A stretch of 64,000 nt of DNA from Euryarchaeota archaeon UBA62. GTDB taxonomy: Archaea; Thermoplasmatota; Poseidoniia; Poseidoniales; Thalassarchaeaceae. The position numbers were made by a program, and so were the translations under genes. Under the pieces are notes generated by a model. That model did not search any database. It was given only the letters and a program-made list of their open reading frames with translations, and was not told the DNA's origin. Location of the stretch: positions 156,366 through 220,365 of the forward strand of contig DAPJ01000005.1 in NCBI GenBank assembly GCA_002502095.1, read 5' to 3'. Of the stretch, positions 54,699 to 64,000 are shown in pieces. Each line of letters starts with the position of its first letter. Positions within the stretch are counted from its first letter, which is position 1.

Positions 54699-57600
54699 CC
54701 TTAACTTCTCATAAAGCTCGCCCGTTAATGGCATTTGATGTTCCCATGCGAATTCTTTCATGACTCTGAGAGCCTCCTTCTCTAGATCTGAGTCCCCTAC
54801 GAAGTCCGTAACTTCTATTGTCGAGTTTCTTGTATTGGCTTTGAAAGCTGCAATGGGCTCTTCCTTATGGAATACTAAGTAAGCCGAGCCGAAGCCGAAT
54901 CTCTCCCTCAGGATTGATCCAAAATAGTGAATCAATGGGTCCGAAGGTGGAATGACCAAATCCCTAGTTTTTGGAATCTGTTTTGAATCTAAAATTTCCT
55001 TCCTCCCCCAGCTGATATCATGCTGATCGTCAACTAGGAATCCTTTGATTAGGGTTCCGTCCTCTTCGAATTCATGTAATACATCGCTAATCTCTTCAGG
55101 AGAGAAGGGAGTTCCTGCCAGTCTCTCAAGTTGCTTCATCGAAATAACAGGATACTCCTCAACCAGTTCTCTTAGATACTTCCTTTTTATTGACCAAAGG
55201 TCAGAGCTCTGTAGTGACTCTACGGTCTTGAAGCCTCCTCTGTAGTCTTGAACCAGGTGTCCACTTCTCACTAGGGGTGAGATAAGCTTCCTAAATTCGG
55301 CCCTACGCATTGCTAGCCTCTCCATGAAAACCGAAGGATCGTTATGGTTCCTGAAGAATTCTAAAACACCGAAATCATCATCATTAGGGGGTGCGTTTCT
55401 AATTGCCAGTAATCTCTGGAAGTGAGGAAGTCTGGCCCAAACTTGATGTCCCCTAAGATTAGTACCTTGGTGAAGTTGCTCGGTTGCGGCCATAGATTGT
55501 AGATCAACTCTGAACATTTCACAACGTCCCCTGAGTGCGAAGTCATCCCTAAGTTCATCAATTTCCTTCAGAGCATGGGTTTCATTCTCCCACCTACTTA
55601 TCTGATGAATATTGTGCGTATGGAAAAGAAGCCTATTCACCTCATTTCTCGGCCTAGGTTCAACGATTCCCCCGCGTATGTATCTCTCTCCGTCTCCCAT
55701 GGAGACGAATCCAAGATCAGAAAGTATACCTTGGATATTATCATCGCAGTCATGTACTGGGACTCCATTGAAAGAGTGCATCACAGATACATCTACTAAT
55801 CTGTCACGATAGTTCTCTAGGAGCTCATTGAATGTGTCCTTGAATTCGTCTAGGTAAGAATGTGGAATATTCACGTCCTTAATCTCAAGATAGTCGTTAA
55901 CTACGAACATCAATATCCTACCGATCGGGTCTACACCTTTGAAAACCGGATGATACCAACCTTGCTTCAGTATCATCCTTACTTCTTGTATGAAGCGACT
56001 ACAGAACGGATCTGACTGTGCTAGAATTCTCATCTTTCTATCTTCAGCTAATGGCGAGAGTAGCCTTTCAGCATCCACATGAGACGAGTAATAGTCTGTG
56101 GGATCGGGCTGTAATGCGACCACTCTACAAATCGTGCCCTCATTTTCTAATTCCCTTAGTACTTCTGCGAGCTCTTCAACTGGCCTGCTGACGAAAAACC
56201 TCAGTGTGTGCAACCTTACTGGTCCTATCTTTGCTATTAACTGGGCTAGTGCTTCGGGAAAGTCTAGTGGTTCGACGACACCATGAATTCTCCTAAATAG
56301 TGCTATTGATCTCTTTCTATTTGGGACATCAAGATATTGCTTGGCAACAACGAGTTGCCTCTCAAGATTAGATATGGCCCTCTTGATGCTTTTCTGAATA
56401 TGTTGATTTTCCTTACCTCGGGGATACTCAGAAAGAAGTTCTGTTCTTGTGATGCCGTCTTCAGGGATTTTCTCGAGTATTTCTTCTTCCAAAGATCCCA
56501 GCCAAGGTTCCGAACGAAGTCCAAGAAGCATGGGTATCTGATCGAGTGTTGTGTACCCTACCCTGTTGTGCAATAGTCTTCCGTTGTAAACGTCAGAGTC
56601 GTGCTTGAAGTCTTTCCAGTCTCTGAATCTGAAGTTCCTGACCCTATGAAGTAGCTCGTCCCTTCTCTGAATCAACGCCAGTGATTTTATCGCTTCAGAA
56701 GGTTCAGAAAACTCCGTGAATGATTTCTGCAGGAGAAGTGTCTGAAGAGTACGATAATCAACTACTTCTACGCTACCACCAGTAATTCGATATTCATCTA
56801 CTCTTAGGATGAACTCCCCTTCATCTGTTTGGGTGAAGAAGCCTATTGATACCAAGTTCCTCATCTCTAACTCTTGTAGGACTGATTCTACCTGTCCCAC
56901 GGGGAATGGTAGCCTATCACTAAGTTGGTCAAGAGTCTGTGGACCTTCCGAGCCAAGCATGTCAAGTAGCTTCAGCCTTAGACAGTCTAGAGGGTCGGAA
57001 AGACTTGAAGAAGCCCATTTTGAAGGAGTGGCACCTGAGAAGTCTTCGGCTATCTCATACGTCAGCCCACCGGTGTAGAGGGCCCGTAAGTCCTCCATCT
57101 CGGATGCGCCTGCAACTGCAAGACAGCCAAGCGTACCATGGACTCCTGCCATTCTAATAGAGAACCATTTATCATCAATTTGCTCGTGATTTGTATTTCT
57201 CACCTTGGTAATCAACCCCCTCTCTGCTAGCTCGTGTACCCATTGTCGAATCACGGGGATTTCGATTCCATTGAGCTTCGAATTGTAAAGTGGATTGGTG
57301 AGGCTCCGCTCTAGCCCCCCTCCCATATCCATTAATCTCAGAAGATCAATAGCATTCTTCGGGGTGGCTACCTTTGACTGATAGTACTCAGAAATCATCT
57401 CCTTATCCAGATCTGTAGCCAGGGATCTAGCTCCCAGAAGACGTCTCAGAATCTCAGGATCTACATCCTTAATCAGGTAAGCTCTAGTCCTTAGACTCAG
57501 AAGATCCTCAAATGCGGACATGAATAGCGTCATTCCGAGTGGAGAAGGCATTTTCACGCGCCTATGTACAATCCTGACATCCTCGCTATCCATTCTGGAG

Positions 57601-59990
57601 ATGAAGCTGCGTAGTTGCTCCATATCTAAATCGCCATTTAGGATTTCACTCATCGCCTCTCTAATTATTACCGAGCCATCCATCTGGCGATGTTTTGTCA
57701 TAATCGCCTCTGCCTTCTGCTGGAATTGCTTCGGACTAACTTCCTCAGCGCCGATTCTTCTAGGATTCAGCATACTCCTGGATGATACTTCCCTGAACCT
57801 CTTTGAGAACAGTTGGGAATCCATCATATATCTCTGGAGTATTTCCTCGCTAGTGTCATTCCTAAATACCTCTGGAATCTTAGAAATTTCAACCTCATGG
57901 CTCAATTTTGCCATAAAACCATTCTCGTCAAATGAAAGCTCGTGAATGATTATATTTTCTTTAGAGGCGATTCCAGCGAAGAGATATCCCAAGGCCAGGT
58001 TGAATGCTCTTCCTCTGCAGGTAGTCACAACATAAGTCGGCAGAGGGGATTCTACCTGCTCGATAAGTATCCTGTCATTAGAAGGAACTTGGAACGTTGT
58101 AGCAACATGCTCGTCGAGGAACTGTTTCAGTGCCAATGCCACGGGCCTGTTGAGCTGTAATGCTTCTGTCAGGATTGGCTCATAATCGGTTGCCATTCTT
58201 GCGCCTACAGAAATCTTACTCAGTAGTCTGAGGACAGCCTGACTTAATTCATGTGTACGACTGTTTGCCTCGCCTGTCCATGAGGGTATTGTTGGCCTGT
58301 ATCCGGTTGCAGGAGTGACATTTACCCTGGTCCCCCTCACACTAGCTACCCTGTAGGTGGATCCTCCCAATAGGAATACGTCTCCGTTCCTTAGACTTGA
58401 AACGAAGGAGGATGAGAGCTGTCCCACCAAAGTTCCGTCTCCAGTGAAAACCAAGTAACTGTTATCTGGTGCAATAGTTCCTATATTGGTGTAGTATATC
58501 ATCTGCGCAAATCCACGCTTTCCGAATCTATTATCTTCCCAGTCAAGCCAGACTCTTCTTTCCTCGTCAAGCATGTCCAGAACTTCGATATAATCATCGT
58601 AAGGAAGTGCCTTGTATGGCCATGATGATGTTACAAGAGAGTAGGCATCATCGATATCCCACTCCTTGATAATAGTGAGGCCGATTAGGAATTGTGCCAG
58701 AACATCGAGTGAATTCTGAGGGAATTTTAGTAAATCCATTTCTCCCTCCAAGATAGCCATTTGCAATGCAACGAGTTCCATCAGGTCATGGGGCGAGGTA
58801 GGTAGGAACCTAGCTCTTGGTAGTCCACCTACCTGATGTCCTGCTCTACCTATTCTCTGAAGGGCCGTTGCGATTGACCCCGGTGATCCAACTTGAATGA
58901 CTAAATCCACCGAACCGATATCTATACCCATTTCAAGGCTGGACGAAGAAACAACACATCTCAGTAATCCATTCTTTAGCTTGCTTTCCACATCAAGTCT
59001 GATTGCCTTATCCATTGAACCGTGATGTCCCTCTACACCTTCCATACCGGCGATCTTCAATCTCTGCACTACTGTCTCAGTCATATTCCTAGTGTTGACG
59101 AAAACCAACGTAGTGGTGTGAGCCTCGGCTAATTCTTTGATTCTGTCTACATTGTGATCTAAAATTTCCTTAACTGGAATAGAGCTGAATCTGGGAGTTG
59201 GGAGAATTATGTCCAAGTCGAGCTCCCTGTCTCCTGAGATTTTCGCTATGGCGACCTTTTGAGGCTCTGCGTCGGTTTCCCTTGAATCGCTAGCAACTAG
59301 AAATTCAGCCACCGCATCTAGAGGCTCCATGGTCGCGCTGATGCCGATTCTCTGGACGTCGGACGATACTACAGTATCCATAAGAGCCATACTTAGAGAC
59401 AGATGAGTGCCTCTTTTTGTGGGGACTAATGAATGCATTTCGTCAATTATGAGCCATTTCATTTGATCCAAAATTGGTCTAAACCTCTTGGAAGCAAGTC
59501 CCAATCCTAGTGACTCGGGTGTTGTAATCAATATATGGGGGGGTTTTCTAAGCATTTTCTCCCTCTCGCTCTGAGGGGTATCTCCCGTTCTCAGTCCAAC
59601 TTTGATTTCCTTGGCTCTGCTTGGGAGAAATCTCTCCTTGATTTCGCTCAGGGGGCCGAGAAGATTCTTTTCGATATCATTGGCAAGGGCCTTGATTGGA
59701 GATATGTATACGCACTGGACCGAATCTGGGAGAGTCCCGTCAAGAGAACCACGTACTAAATCATCTATTATCGTGAGGAATGCTGTAAGGGTTTTTCCAG
59801 AGCCAGTCGGTGAACAAAGTAAGAGGTGCTCTCCCTTCAGAATTCTTGGAATGGCTACCTTTTGTGGCTCTGTGAAGTCGGGAAATTTGTCCATAAACCA
59901 ATTTCTAACCGGTGGACATAGTCTCTCTAGGAGCTCTTCAGTCTCCATTCTGTCCTCTACATACTCGATTTCAGGCATTTTTTGTTGCAC
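54690..59990 (-). CDS. lhr: Lhr-type SF2 DNA helicase, very long form (1,766 aa)
   Basis: Motif I CSPTGSGKT, motif II IIDEMH, motif VI QRIGRAGH, and an Lhr-type DEAD-associated segment (FLLGGSTYRV...IPSWTGE). About 900 further C-terminal residues are unassigned. The start is GTG at 59990 or ATG at 59978. Confidence 0.88.
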   Translation of the reverse strand: MQQKMPEIEYVEDRMETEELLERLCPPVRNWFMDKFPDFTEPQKVAIPRILKGEHLLLCSPTGSGKTLTAFLTIIDDLVRGSLDGTLPDSVQCVYISPIKALANDIEKNLLGPLSEIKERFLPSRAKEIKVGLRTGDTPQSEREKMLRKPPHILITTPESLGLGLASKRFRPILDQMKWLIIDEMHSLVPTKRGTHLSLSMALMDTVVSSDVQRIGISATMEPLDAVAEFLVASDSRETDAEPQKVAIAKISGDRELDLDIILPTPRFSSIPVKEILDHNVDRIKELAEAHTTTLVFVNTRNMTETVVQRLKIAGMEGVEGHHGSMDKAIRLDVESKLKNGLLRCVVSSSSLEMGIDIGSVDLVIQVGSPGSIATALQRIGRAGHQVGGLPRARFLPTSPHDLMELVALQMAILEGEMDLLKFPQNSLDVLAQFLIGLTIIKEWDIDDAYSLVTSSWPYKALPYDDYIEVLDMLDEERRVWLDWEDNRFGKRGFAQMIYYTNIGTIAPDNSYLVFTGDGTLVGQLSSSFVSSLRNGDVFLLGGSTYRVASVRGTRVNVTPATGYRPTIPSWTGEANSRTHELSQAVLRLLSKISVGARMATDYEPILTEALQLNRPVALALKQFLDEHVATTFQVPSNDRILIEQVESPLPTYVVTTCRGRAFNLALGYLFAGIASKENIIIHELSFDENGFMAKLSHEVEISKIPEVFRNDTSEEILQRYMMDSQLFSKRFREVSSRSMLNPRRIGAEEVSPKQFQQKAEAIMTKHRQMDGSVIIREAMSEILNGDLDMEQLRSFISRMDSEDVRIVHRRVKMPSPLGMTLFMSAFEDLLSLRTRAYLIKDVDPEILRRLLGARSLATDLDKEMISEYYQSKVATPKNAIDLLRLMDMGGGLERSLTNPLYNSKLNGIEIPVIRQWVHELAERGLITKVRNTNHEQIDDKWFSIRMAGVHGTLGCLAVAGASEMEDLRALYTGGLTYEIAEDFSGATPSKWASSSLSDPLDCLRLKLLDMLGSEGPQTLDQLSDRLPFPVGQVESVLQELEMRNLVSIGFFTQTDEGEFILRVDEYRITGGSVEVVDYRTLQTLLLQKSFTEFSEPSEAIKSLALIQRRDELLHRVRNFRFRDWKDFKHDSDVYNGRLLHNRVGYTTLDQIPMLLGLRSEPWLGSLEEEILEKIPEDGITRTELLSEYPRGKENQHIQKSIKRAISNLERQLVVAKQYLDVPNRKRSIALFRRIHGVVEPLDFPEALAQLIAKIGPVRLHTLRFFVSRPVEELAEVLRELENEGTICRVVALQPDPTDYYSSHVDAERLLSPLAEDRKMRILAQSDPFCSRFIQEVRMILKQGWYHPVFKGVDPIGRILMFVVNDYLEIKDVNIPHSYLDEFKDTFNELLENYRDRLVDVSVMHSFNGVPVHDCDDNIQGILSDLGFVSMGDGERYIRGGIVEPRPRNEVNRLLFHTHNIHQISRWENETHALKEIDELRDDFALRGRCEMFRVDLQSMAATEQLHQGTNLRGHQVWARLPHFQRLLAIRNAPPNDDDFGVLEFFRNHNDPSVFMERLAMRRAEFRKLISPLVRSGHLVQDYRGGFKTVESLQSSDLWSIKRKYLRELVEEYPVISMKQLERLAGTPFSPEEISDVLHEFEEDGTLIKGFLVDDQHDISWGRKEILDSKQIPKTRDLVIPPSDPLIHYFGSILRERFGFGSAYLVFHKEEPIAAFKANTRNSTIEVTDFVGDSDLEKEALRVMKEFAWEHQMPLTGELYEKLRSR

Positions 59991-60145
59991 CTATCACTCG
60001 GTTGGGCTACCTATGAGTACATCAATGCTTCTCTAAGAACCTCATTAAAGACTGTTAATGGCATTATCAATAACCCTACGGTACGTACATCCATAGCCCA
60101 TTCGCAAGGATGGCTTGAAAGATGGGTGGCCAAGTCGGAGATACG

Positions 60146-61870
60146 ATGCCAGAATCAAGGAGGCTGGACAGGCTCACATCAATGATGAGGAGGCGTGGCA
60201 TAGTTTTCCCCTCCTTTGAGATATACGGAGGAGTAGCTGGCTTGGTAGATTATGGACCCGTTGGGGCCACAATTAAGCGAAAGGTTATCGAAAGTTGGAT
60301 TGATCACTGGACTTCTTGGGGAGATATTGTAGAGGTTGATTCTCCAACGATCACTCCTAAGTCGGTCTTAGTTGCCAGTGGCCATGTAGGAGAGTTCAAT
60401 GACTACATGTCTGAATGCTTATCCTGTAATTCGGCATTTAGAAGCGATCACTTGATTGAGGGATTGCATGAGAATCCTGATTCACTTAGCGGTGAAGAGC
60501 TAGACTCGGTAATTTCTTCTAACAATATTTCTTGCCCTAAATGCGGTGAGTCCGACTGGTCCAATGCACGCCCCATGAATCTGATGTTCCCGACAACGAT
60601 AGGTGCTATGAGCAGTGGTAGGGAGGCGTACATGAGACCTGAAACCGCACAAGGAATGTTCATGCTATATCCTTCATTATATCGCCATTTCAAGCAGAAA
60701 TTACCATTCGGGGCAGTTCAAACTGGCAGAGGATATAGGAATGAAATCAGTCCAAGACAAGGCATGATTAGACTAAGGGAGTTTAACATGGCTGAACTGG
60801 AGTACTTCATAGATCCTGAAGACCCACCAGGGAGAAATGAACTGGGTGAAAATGAAGGTACTATGGTTGAGATGATATCAGACCCAGAAGGAGAATATCC
60901 GGGGAAACATAGAATTTCTTTTCGAGATGCATTAGATAGGGGAATAGTCAGACACCCAACTGTTGCATCTTTCCTTGAAAGAACCTATGATTTCCTCATC
61001 AAAATTGGGATTGATGGAGGTAAGATCAGATTTAGGCAGCATGCTGGTTCGGAAATGGCACATTATGCATCGGATTGTTGGGACTGTGAGATACTAGGCG
61101 AGTATGGTTGGATAGAGTGCGTAGGTATCGCTAACAGGACCTGCCATGACTTGGAATCCCACGAGGCCCATTCGGGAACTAACCTTCTAAGGGCGTGGAG
61201 GCAATTTGAAACCCCAAGAAAGGTATCGAAAGAAGTTCTATCTCCTAATGGTTCCGTTATTGGGCCAATATTCAGGCAGAGAGCCGGTGAAGTAGTATCT
61301 GCAATCAACGAGCTGGTGGGTACGCCTTCATCCATGCCATTCATACTAAGTCTAGAAGATGGTTCTGAAGTGGAGATAACATCCGAGATGGTTACTCTGA
61401 AGAAAGAAGAGGGGAATGTGCATGGAGAATGGTTCACTCCTCATGTGATAGAGCCCGCGTTCGGTATAGATAGGATAATCTGGCATGTTCTGGATCATGC
61501 TTTTGCTGAGGATGGAAAAGATTCAGAGGATTACGTGACGCTTAGACTGAATGAGAAAGTGTGTCCTTATGATGTCTCAATCCTGCCACTCTTCGACAAG
61601 GACGGGATGGACGATCTAGCTGAGTCCTTACTTTCGGAAGTACTTGATATACGAGGAATTCAAGTAAATCTTGACTCTACTGGCTCTATTGGAAAGAGAT
61701 ACGCCAGAGCTGATGAGATAGGAGTACCATGGGCTGTCACTGTGGATCACTCGAGCTTGGAGGATGGGACAGTCACTGTAAGGAACAGAGACAACCAACA
61801 ACAGATCAGGGTTGCTACTGAGAAATTGATTAGTCACATAGAAAATAGGGACATCTCATCTCTTTTCTGA
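60146..61870 (+). CDS. glyS: Glycyl-tRNA synthetase (archaeal/eukaryotic alpha2 type)
   Basis: RRRGIVFPSFEIYGGVAGLVDYGPVG at the N-terminus plus class II motifs. The ORF track begins at 60122, and the ATG at 60146 fits family N-termini better. Confidence 0.92.
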   Translation: MPESRRLDRLTSMMRRRGIVFPSFEIYGGVAGLVDYGPVGATIKRKVIESWIDHWTSWGDIVEVDSPTITPKSVLVASGHVGEFNDYMSECLSCNSAFRSDHLIEGLHENPDSLSGEELDSVISSNNISCPKCGESDWSNARPMNLMFPTTIGAMSSGREAYMRPETAQGMFMLYPSLYRHFKQKLPFGAVQTGRGYRNEISPRQGMIRLREFNMAELEYFIDPEDPPGRNELGENEGTMVEMISDPEGEYPGKHRISFRDALDRGIVRHPTVASFLERTYDFLIKIGIDGGKIRFRQHAGSEMAHYASDCWDCEILGEYGWIECVGIANRTCHDLESHEAHSGTNLLRAWRQFETPRKVSKEVLSPNGSVIGPIFRQRAGEVVSAINELVGTPSSMPFILSLEDGSEVEITSEMVTLKKEEGNVHGEWFTPHVIEPAFGIDRIIWHVLDHAFAEDGKDSEDYVTLRLNEKVCPYDVSILPLFDKDGMDDLAESLLSEVLDIRGIQVNLDSTGSIGKRYARADEIGVPWAVTVDHSSLEDGTVTVRNRDNQQQIRVATEKLISHIENRDISSLF

Positions 61871-61916
61871 CTCCCAATCTTCATGGAGTCCCGACTAGAC
61901 GGCAAACGTGTCTGCT

Positions 61917-63413
61917 ATGGGAGAGAGTGAGGATTGGGCCGAGAAATACCGCCCCGAAAGCATCCGCGAGATGGAGGGTAACGAGGCTCAGGTTAGATCC
62001 ATTAGACAATGGCTGGACACATGGTCGACCGGGAAAATACCAAAAAAGAGGGGAGTCTTACTTTCTGGCCCTCCAGGGGTAGGAAAAACAACTATCGCCA
62101 GGGCCGTAGCCAAGGAGATGGGATGGGCAATTATCGAGCTTAACGCATCCGAGGAGAGAAACGCAGCCTCCATCAGAAAGGCCGCGACCAGAGGTTCACA
62201 ACACATTTCTCTGGATCTATTCTCAGGAGACTCCAAGCCTGATGGGAAGACGATAATCCTCTTAGACGAGGTGGATCATCTCGCAGGTGGATTTTCAAAA
62301 ATATCAGAAGATAGGATTGGAAAGTCGATTTCCTCGGATGACGAGACGAAGAGCATCTCAGGTGACTCAGGAGGAAAGGCCGAGTTGATGCACCTGCTTT
62401 CAGTTACTATGCAACCCGTAATTATGACATGTAATGATCCAATGAGGCTCTGGGGAGGAGGCAGAGGATGGAGGATGAACAGAGACAGGGTCCTCAGATT
62501 ATCCGATATGGTACAATTCAAGAGGGTTAACAGTGGGGACATGCGGAAAATAGCTTACAGGATTCTTGATGGAGAGGGGCTATCTATTGACCCTGGGGCG
62601 TTAGAAGAGTTGACTGCTGGAAATCCGGGTGACCTCAGGGCGCTAGTGAGGGATTTGCAGGCTGTTTCCTCGATAGTGGAAGGGCATATCACCATAGACC
62701 ATGTCAAGGGACTCGGAGAGGTGTCTGTAAGAGACTCCCAGATTGATGTATTCAGGGCCATGAAAGAGATATACTCGAGTAAGAATGGCTCTAAGGCGTC
62801 AGAGATTCTCAGGAATAGCGACAAGGATCCCGATCAGATGCTTGCTTGGTTCTCGTGGAATAATCAATCTGTCTTCGATTCGTCTGGCCTTGCTTCTATC
62901 AGTACTGCGATGCAGCTAGCTGATAGGTCTCTGGCAACCAAGTTCACAAATCGTGCATTCCGGTCTTGGTACTGGGGATCCGCTCTGACCTCTCAAGCTG
63001 CGGTTTCTCAGACCCCGATTACCACTGATCCTTATCTGGGATACCCCGACTTTCTAAGGAGGGGGTCTGAGTCTTGGAGGAGCGTTAATGTTGTCACTAC
63101 TATGTCGGAGATTGTTTCTACCAGTAAATCATCATTCAGGGAGGAGTTGTGGCCACTTTTGCTGGCTGTCCACGATGATTCACTGGGTGGAGATCCCGAC
63201 GATTTCAGTATCTCTAAGAAGATGGGACTGGGTGTTGAGGAGCATCTTTCTCTGCACGGCATATCCAAGAGTAGCAGAAAGGGGAAGTTGATTTTGAAGA
63301 AGTACGACGATCAAGAGAAATTATCTGAGCCACTTCCCTCTCCGCCACCAGAAGAGGCAGAAGAGGAGAAAACACCTACTAAAGGCAAACAATTCACACT
63401 TGACTCATTCTAG
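61917..63413 (+). CDS. rfcL: Replication factor C large subunit
   Basis: WAEKYRP, Walker A GPPGVGKTT and Walker B ILLDEVDHL are present. A PIP-box-like KQFTLDSF lies at the extreme C-terminus. The ORF track begins at GTG 61908. Confidence 0.9.
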   Translation: MGESEDWAEKYRPESIREMEGNEAQVRSIRQWLDTWSTGKIPKKRGVLLSGPPGVGKTTIARAVAKEMGWAIIELNASEERNAASIRKAATRGSQHISLDLFSGDSKPDGKTIILLDEVDHLAGGFSKISEDRIGKSISSDDETKSISGDSGGKAELMHLLSVTMQPVIMTCNDPMRLWGGGRGWRMNRDRVLRLSDMVQFKRVNSGDMRKIAYRILDGEGLSIDPGALEELTAGNPGDLRALVRDLQAVSSIVEGHITIDHVKGLGEVSVRDSQIDVFRAMKEIYSSKNGSKASEILRNSDKDPDQMLAWFSWNNQSVFDSSGLASISTAMQLADRSLATKFTNRAFRSWYWGSALTSQAAVSQTPITTDPYLGYPDFLRRGSESWRSVNVVTTMSEIVSTSKSSFREELWPLLLAVHDDSLGGDPDDFSISKKMGLGVEEHLSLHGISKSSRKGKLILKKYDDQEKLSEPLPSPPPEEAEEEKTPTKGKQFTLDSF

Positions 63414-64000
63414 ACGTCACTTCGCCATGTCTTTGGGTGTAACAAAACCAAGACGGTTAGCAACTCTAGCCTCCCAAGCCACATCAACAGTGATGCCACT
63501 ATCAAAGACGGTTCGCCTAGTGCCGCCCAAGTCGCAGTCGGGCCGAACGCACCTAAAGCTGGACCTGTATTTCCAAGGAGGGACAGGGAAACGGAAAGAA
63601 CATCGGTCATATCCAAAGATGGCTCCAACAATGAGAATGCCAATATCGACGCTGTAACAAGAACAGTCCAAGAGCTTAGCATTCCAAGTACTGTCCATAT
63701 CCTCTTCTCATCAATGACTTCATCGTTGAATCTGATTGCAACAACTTTCCTAGGTTGGATGATCTTCAATATTTCTCTTTTTGATAGCTCGAAGGCGATT
63801 CTAATTCTTAGTACCTTGAGGCCACCACCCGTAGATCCAGCAGTCGCCCCTATTATCATCAACAATAGTAAAACAAATTGACTGAATAGTGGCCATGTAG
63901 CGAAATCTGCTGAAGAGTACCCCGTACTAGAAATAGAAATAGCTTGGAACATCGAATGTCTTATCGTTTCTAAGAACCCCAAATCTTGCGATCCCGCACT
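63410..64000 (-). CDS. trkH: TrkH/KtrB-family potassium transporter, C-terminal part (gene runs off the window)
   Basis: The frame is open to position 64000. FQAISISSTGYSSADFATWP, GSTGGGLKV and LLGNTGPALG blocks are typical of TrkH. Confidence 0.8.
   Translation of the reverse strand, partial: SAGSQDLGFLETIRHSMFQAISISSTGYSSADFATWPLFSQFVLLLLMIIGATAGSTGGGLKVLRIRIAFELSKREILKIIQPRKVVAIRFNDEVIDEKRIWTVLGMLSSWTVLVTASILAFSLLEPSLDMTDVLSVSLSLLGNTGPALGAFGPTATWAALGEPSLIVASLLMWLGRLELLTVLVLLHPKTWRSDV

Noticed and set aside
54690-59990. An intein as the explanation for the 1,766-aa length of the Lhr ORF.
   Set aside because: The helicase motifs I, II and VI are contiguous and in the normal order. I saw no intein splice-junction or homing-endonuclease blocks. 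The excess length is a C-terminal extension rather than an insertion.
1-64000. Window-wide scan for CRISPR arrays, transposases or integrases, toxin-antitoxin pairs, restriction-modification or other defence modules, and rRNA genes.
   Set aside because: I found no regularly spaced direct repeats, no recombinase, nuclease or defence signatures in any ORF, and no rRNA-like sequence. The window is essentially core genome.

Overview
Very gene-dense, moderately AT-rich archaeal chromosome segment with about 65 protein genes and one tRNA. I found no rRNA, CRISPR array, transposase, integrase or recognisable defence or toxin-antitoxin module. Archaeal identity is clear from the informational genes: PAN, aEF-2, uS7/uS12, eL43, PriS, RFC large subunit, Kae1, Pcc1-like, TiaS, Tsr3, Dph6, MBF1, and the classical proteasome-alpha/SBDS/Rrp4/Rrp41/Rrp42 exosome superoperon. 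These sit beside bacterial- or eukaryote-like metabolic genes: a complete histidine-utilisation route via formiminoglutamate/THF, methylmalonyl-CoA mutase and epimerase, thiolase, split transketolase, futalosine-pathway menaquinone genes, an isoprenoid block, and heptose-type sugar genes. By inference this fits a heterotrophic planktonic Thermoplasmatota-type euryarchaeote (Marine Group II/III-like). I cannot verify that without a search. Most of the window is ordinary housekeeping and I see no convincing new multi-gene system. The observations most worth follow-up are these. (1) A half-length deoxyhypusine-hydroxylase-like HEAT protein with two His-Glu motifs at DOHH spacing, wedged between mqn genes. 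(2) A type-1 IDI::GGPP synthase fusion coupled to IPK. (3) A short UbiD-family decarboxylase in an operon with a helical-repeat protein and a Nudix hydrolase. (4) A 1,766-aa long-form Lhr helicase. (5) An archaeosortase-like gene divergent from GmhA/GmhB-like genes. (6) A polyproline/acidic protein with a tandem 33-aa repeat next to a Lys-rich RDD membrane protein. All functional calls come from motif recognition by eye, and no database search was run.
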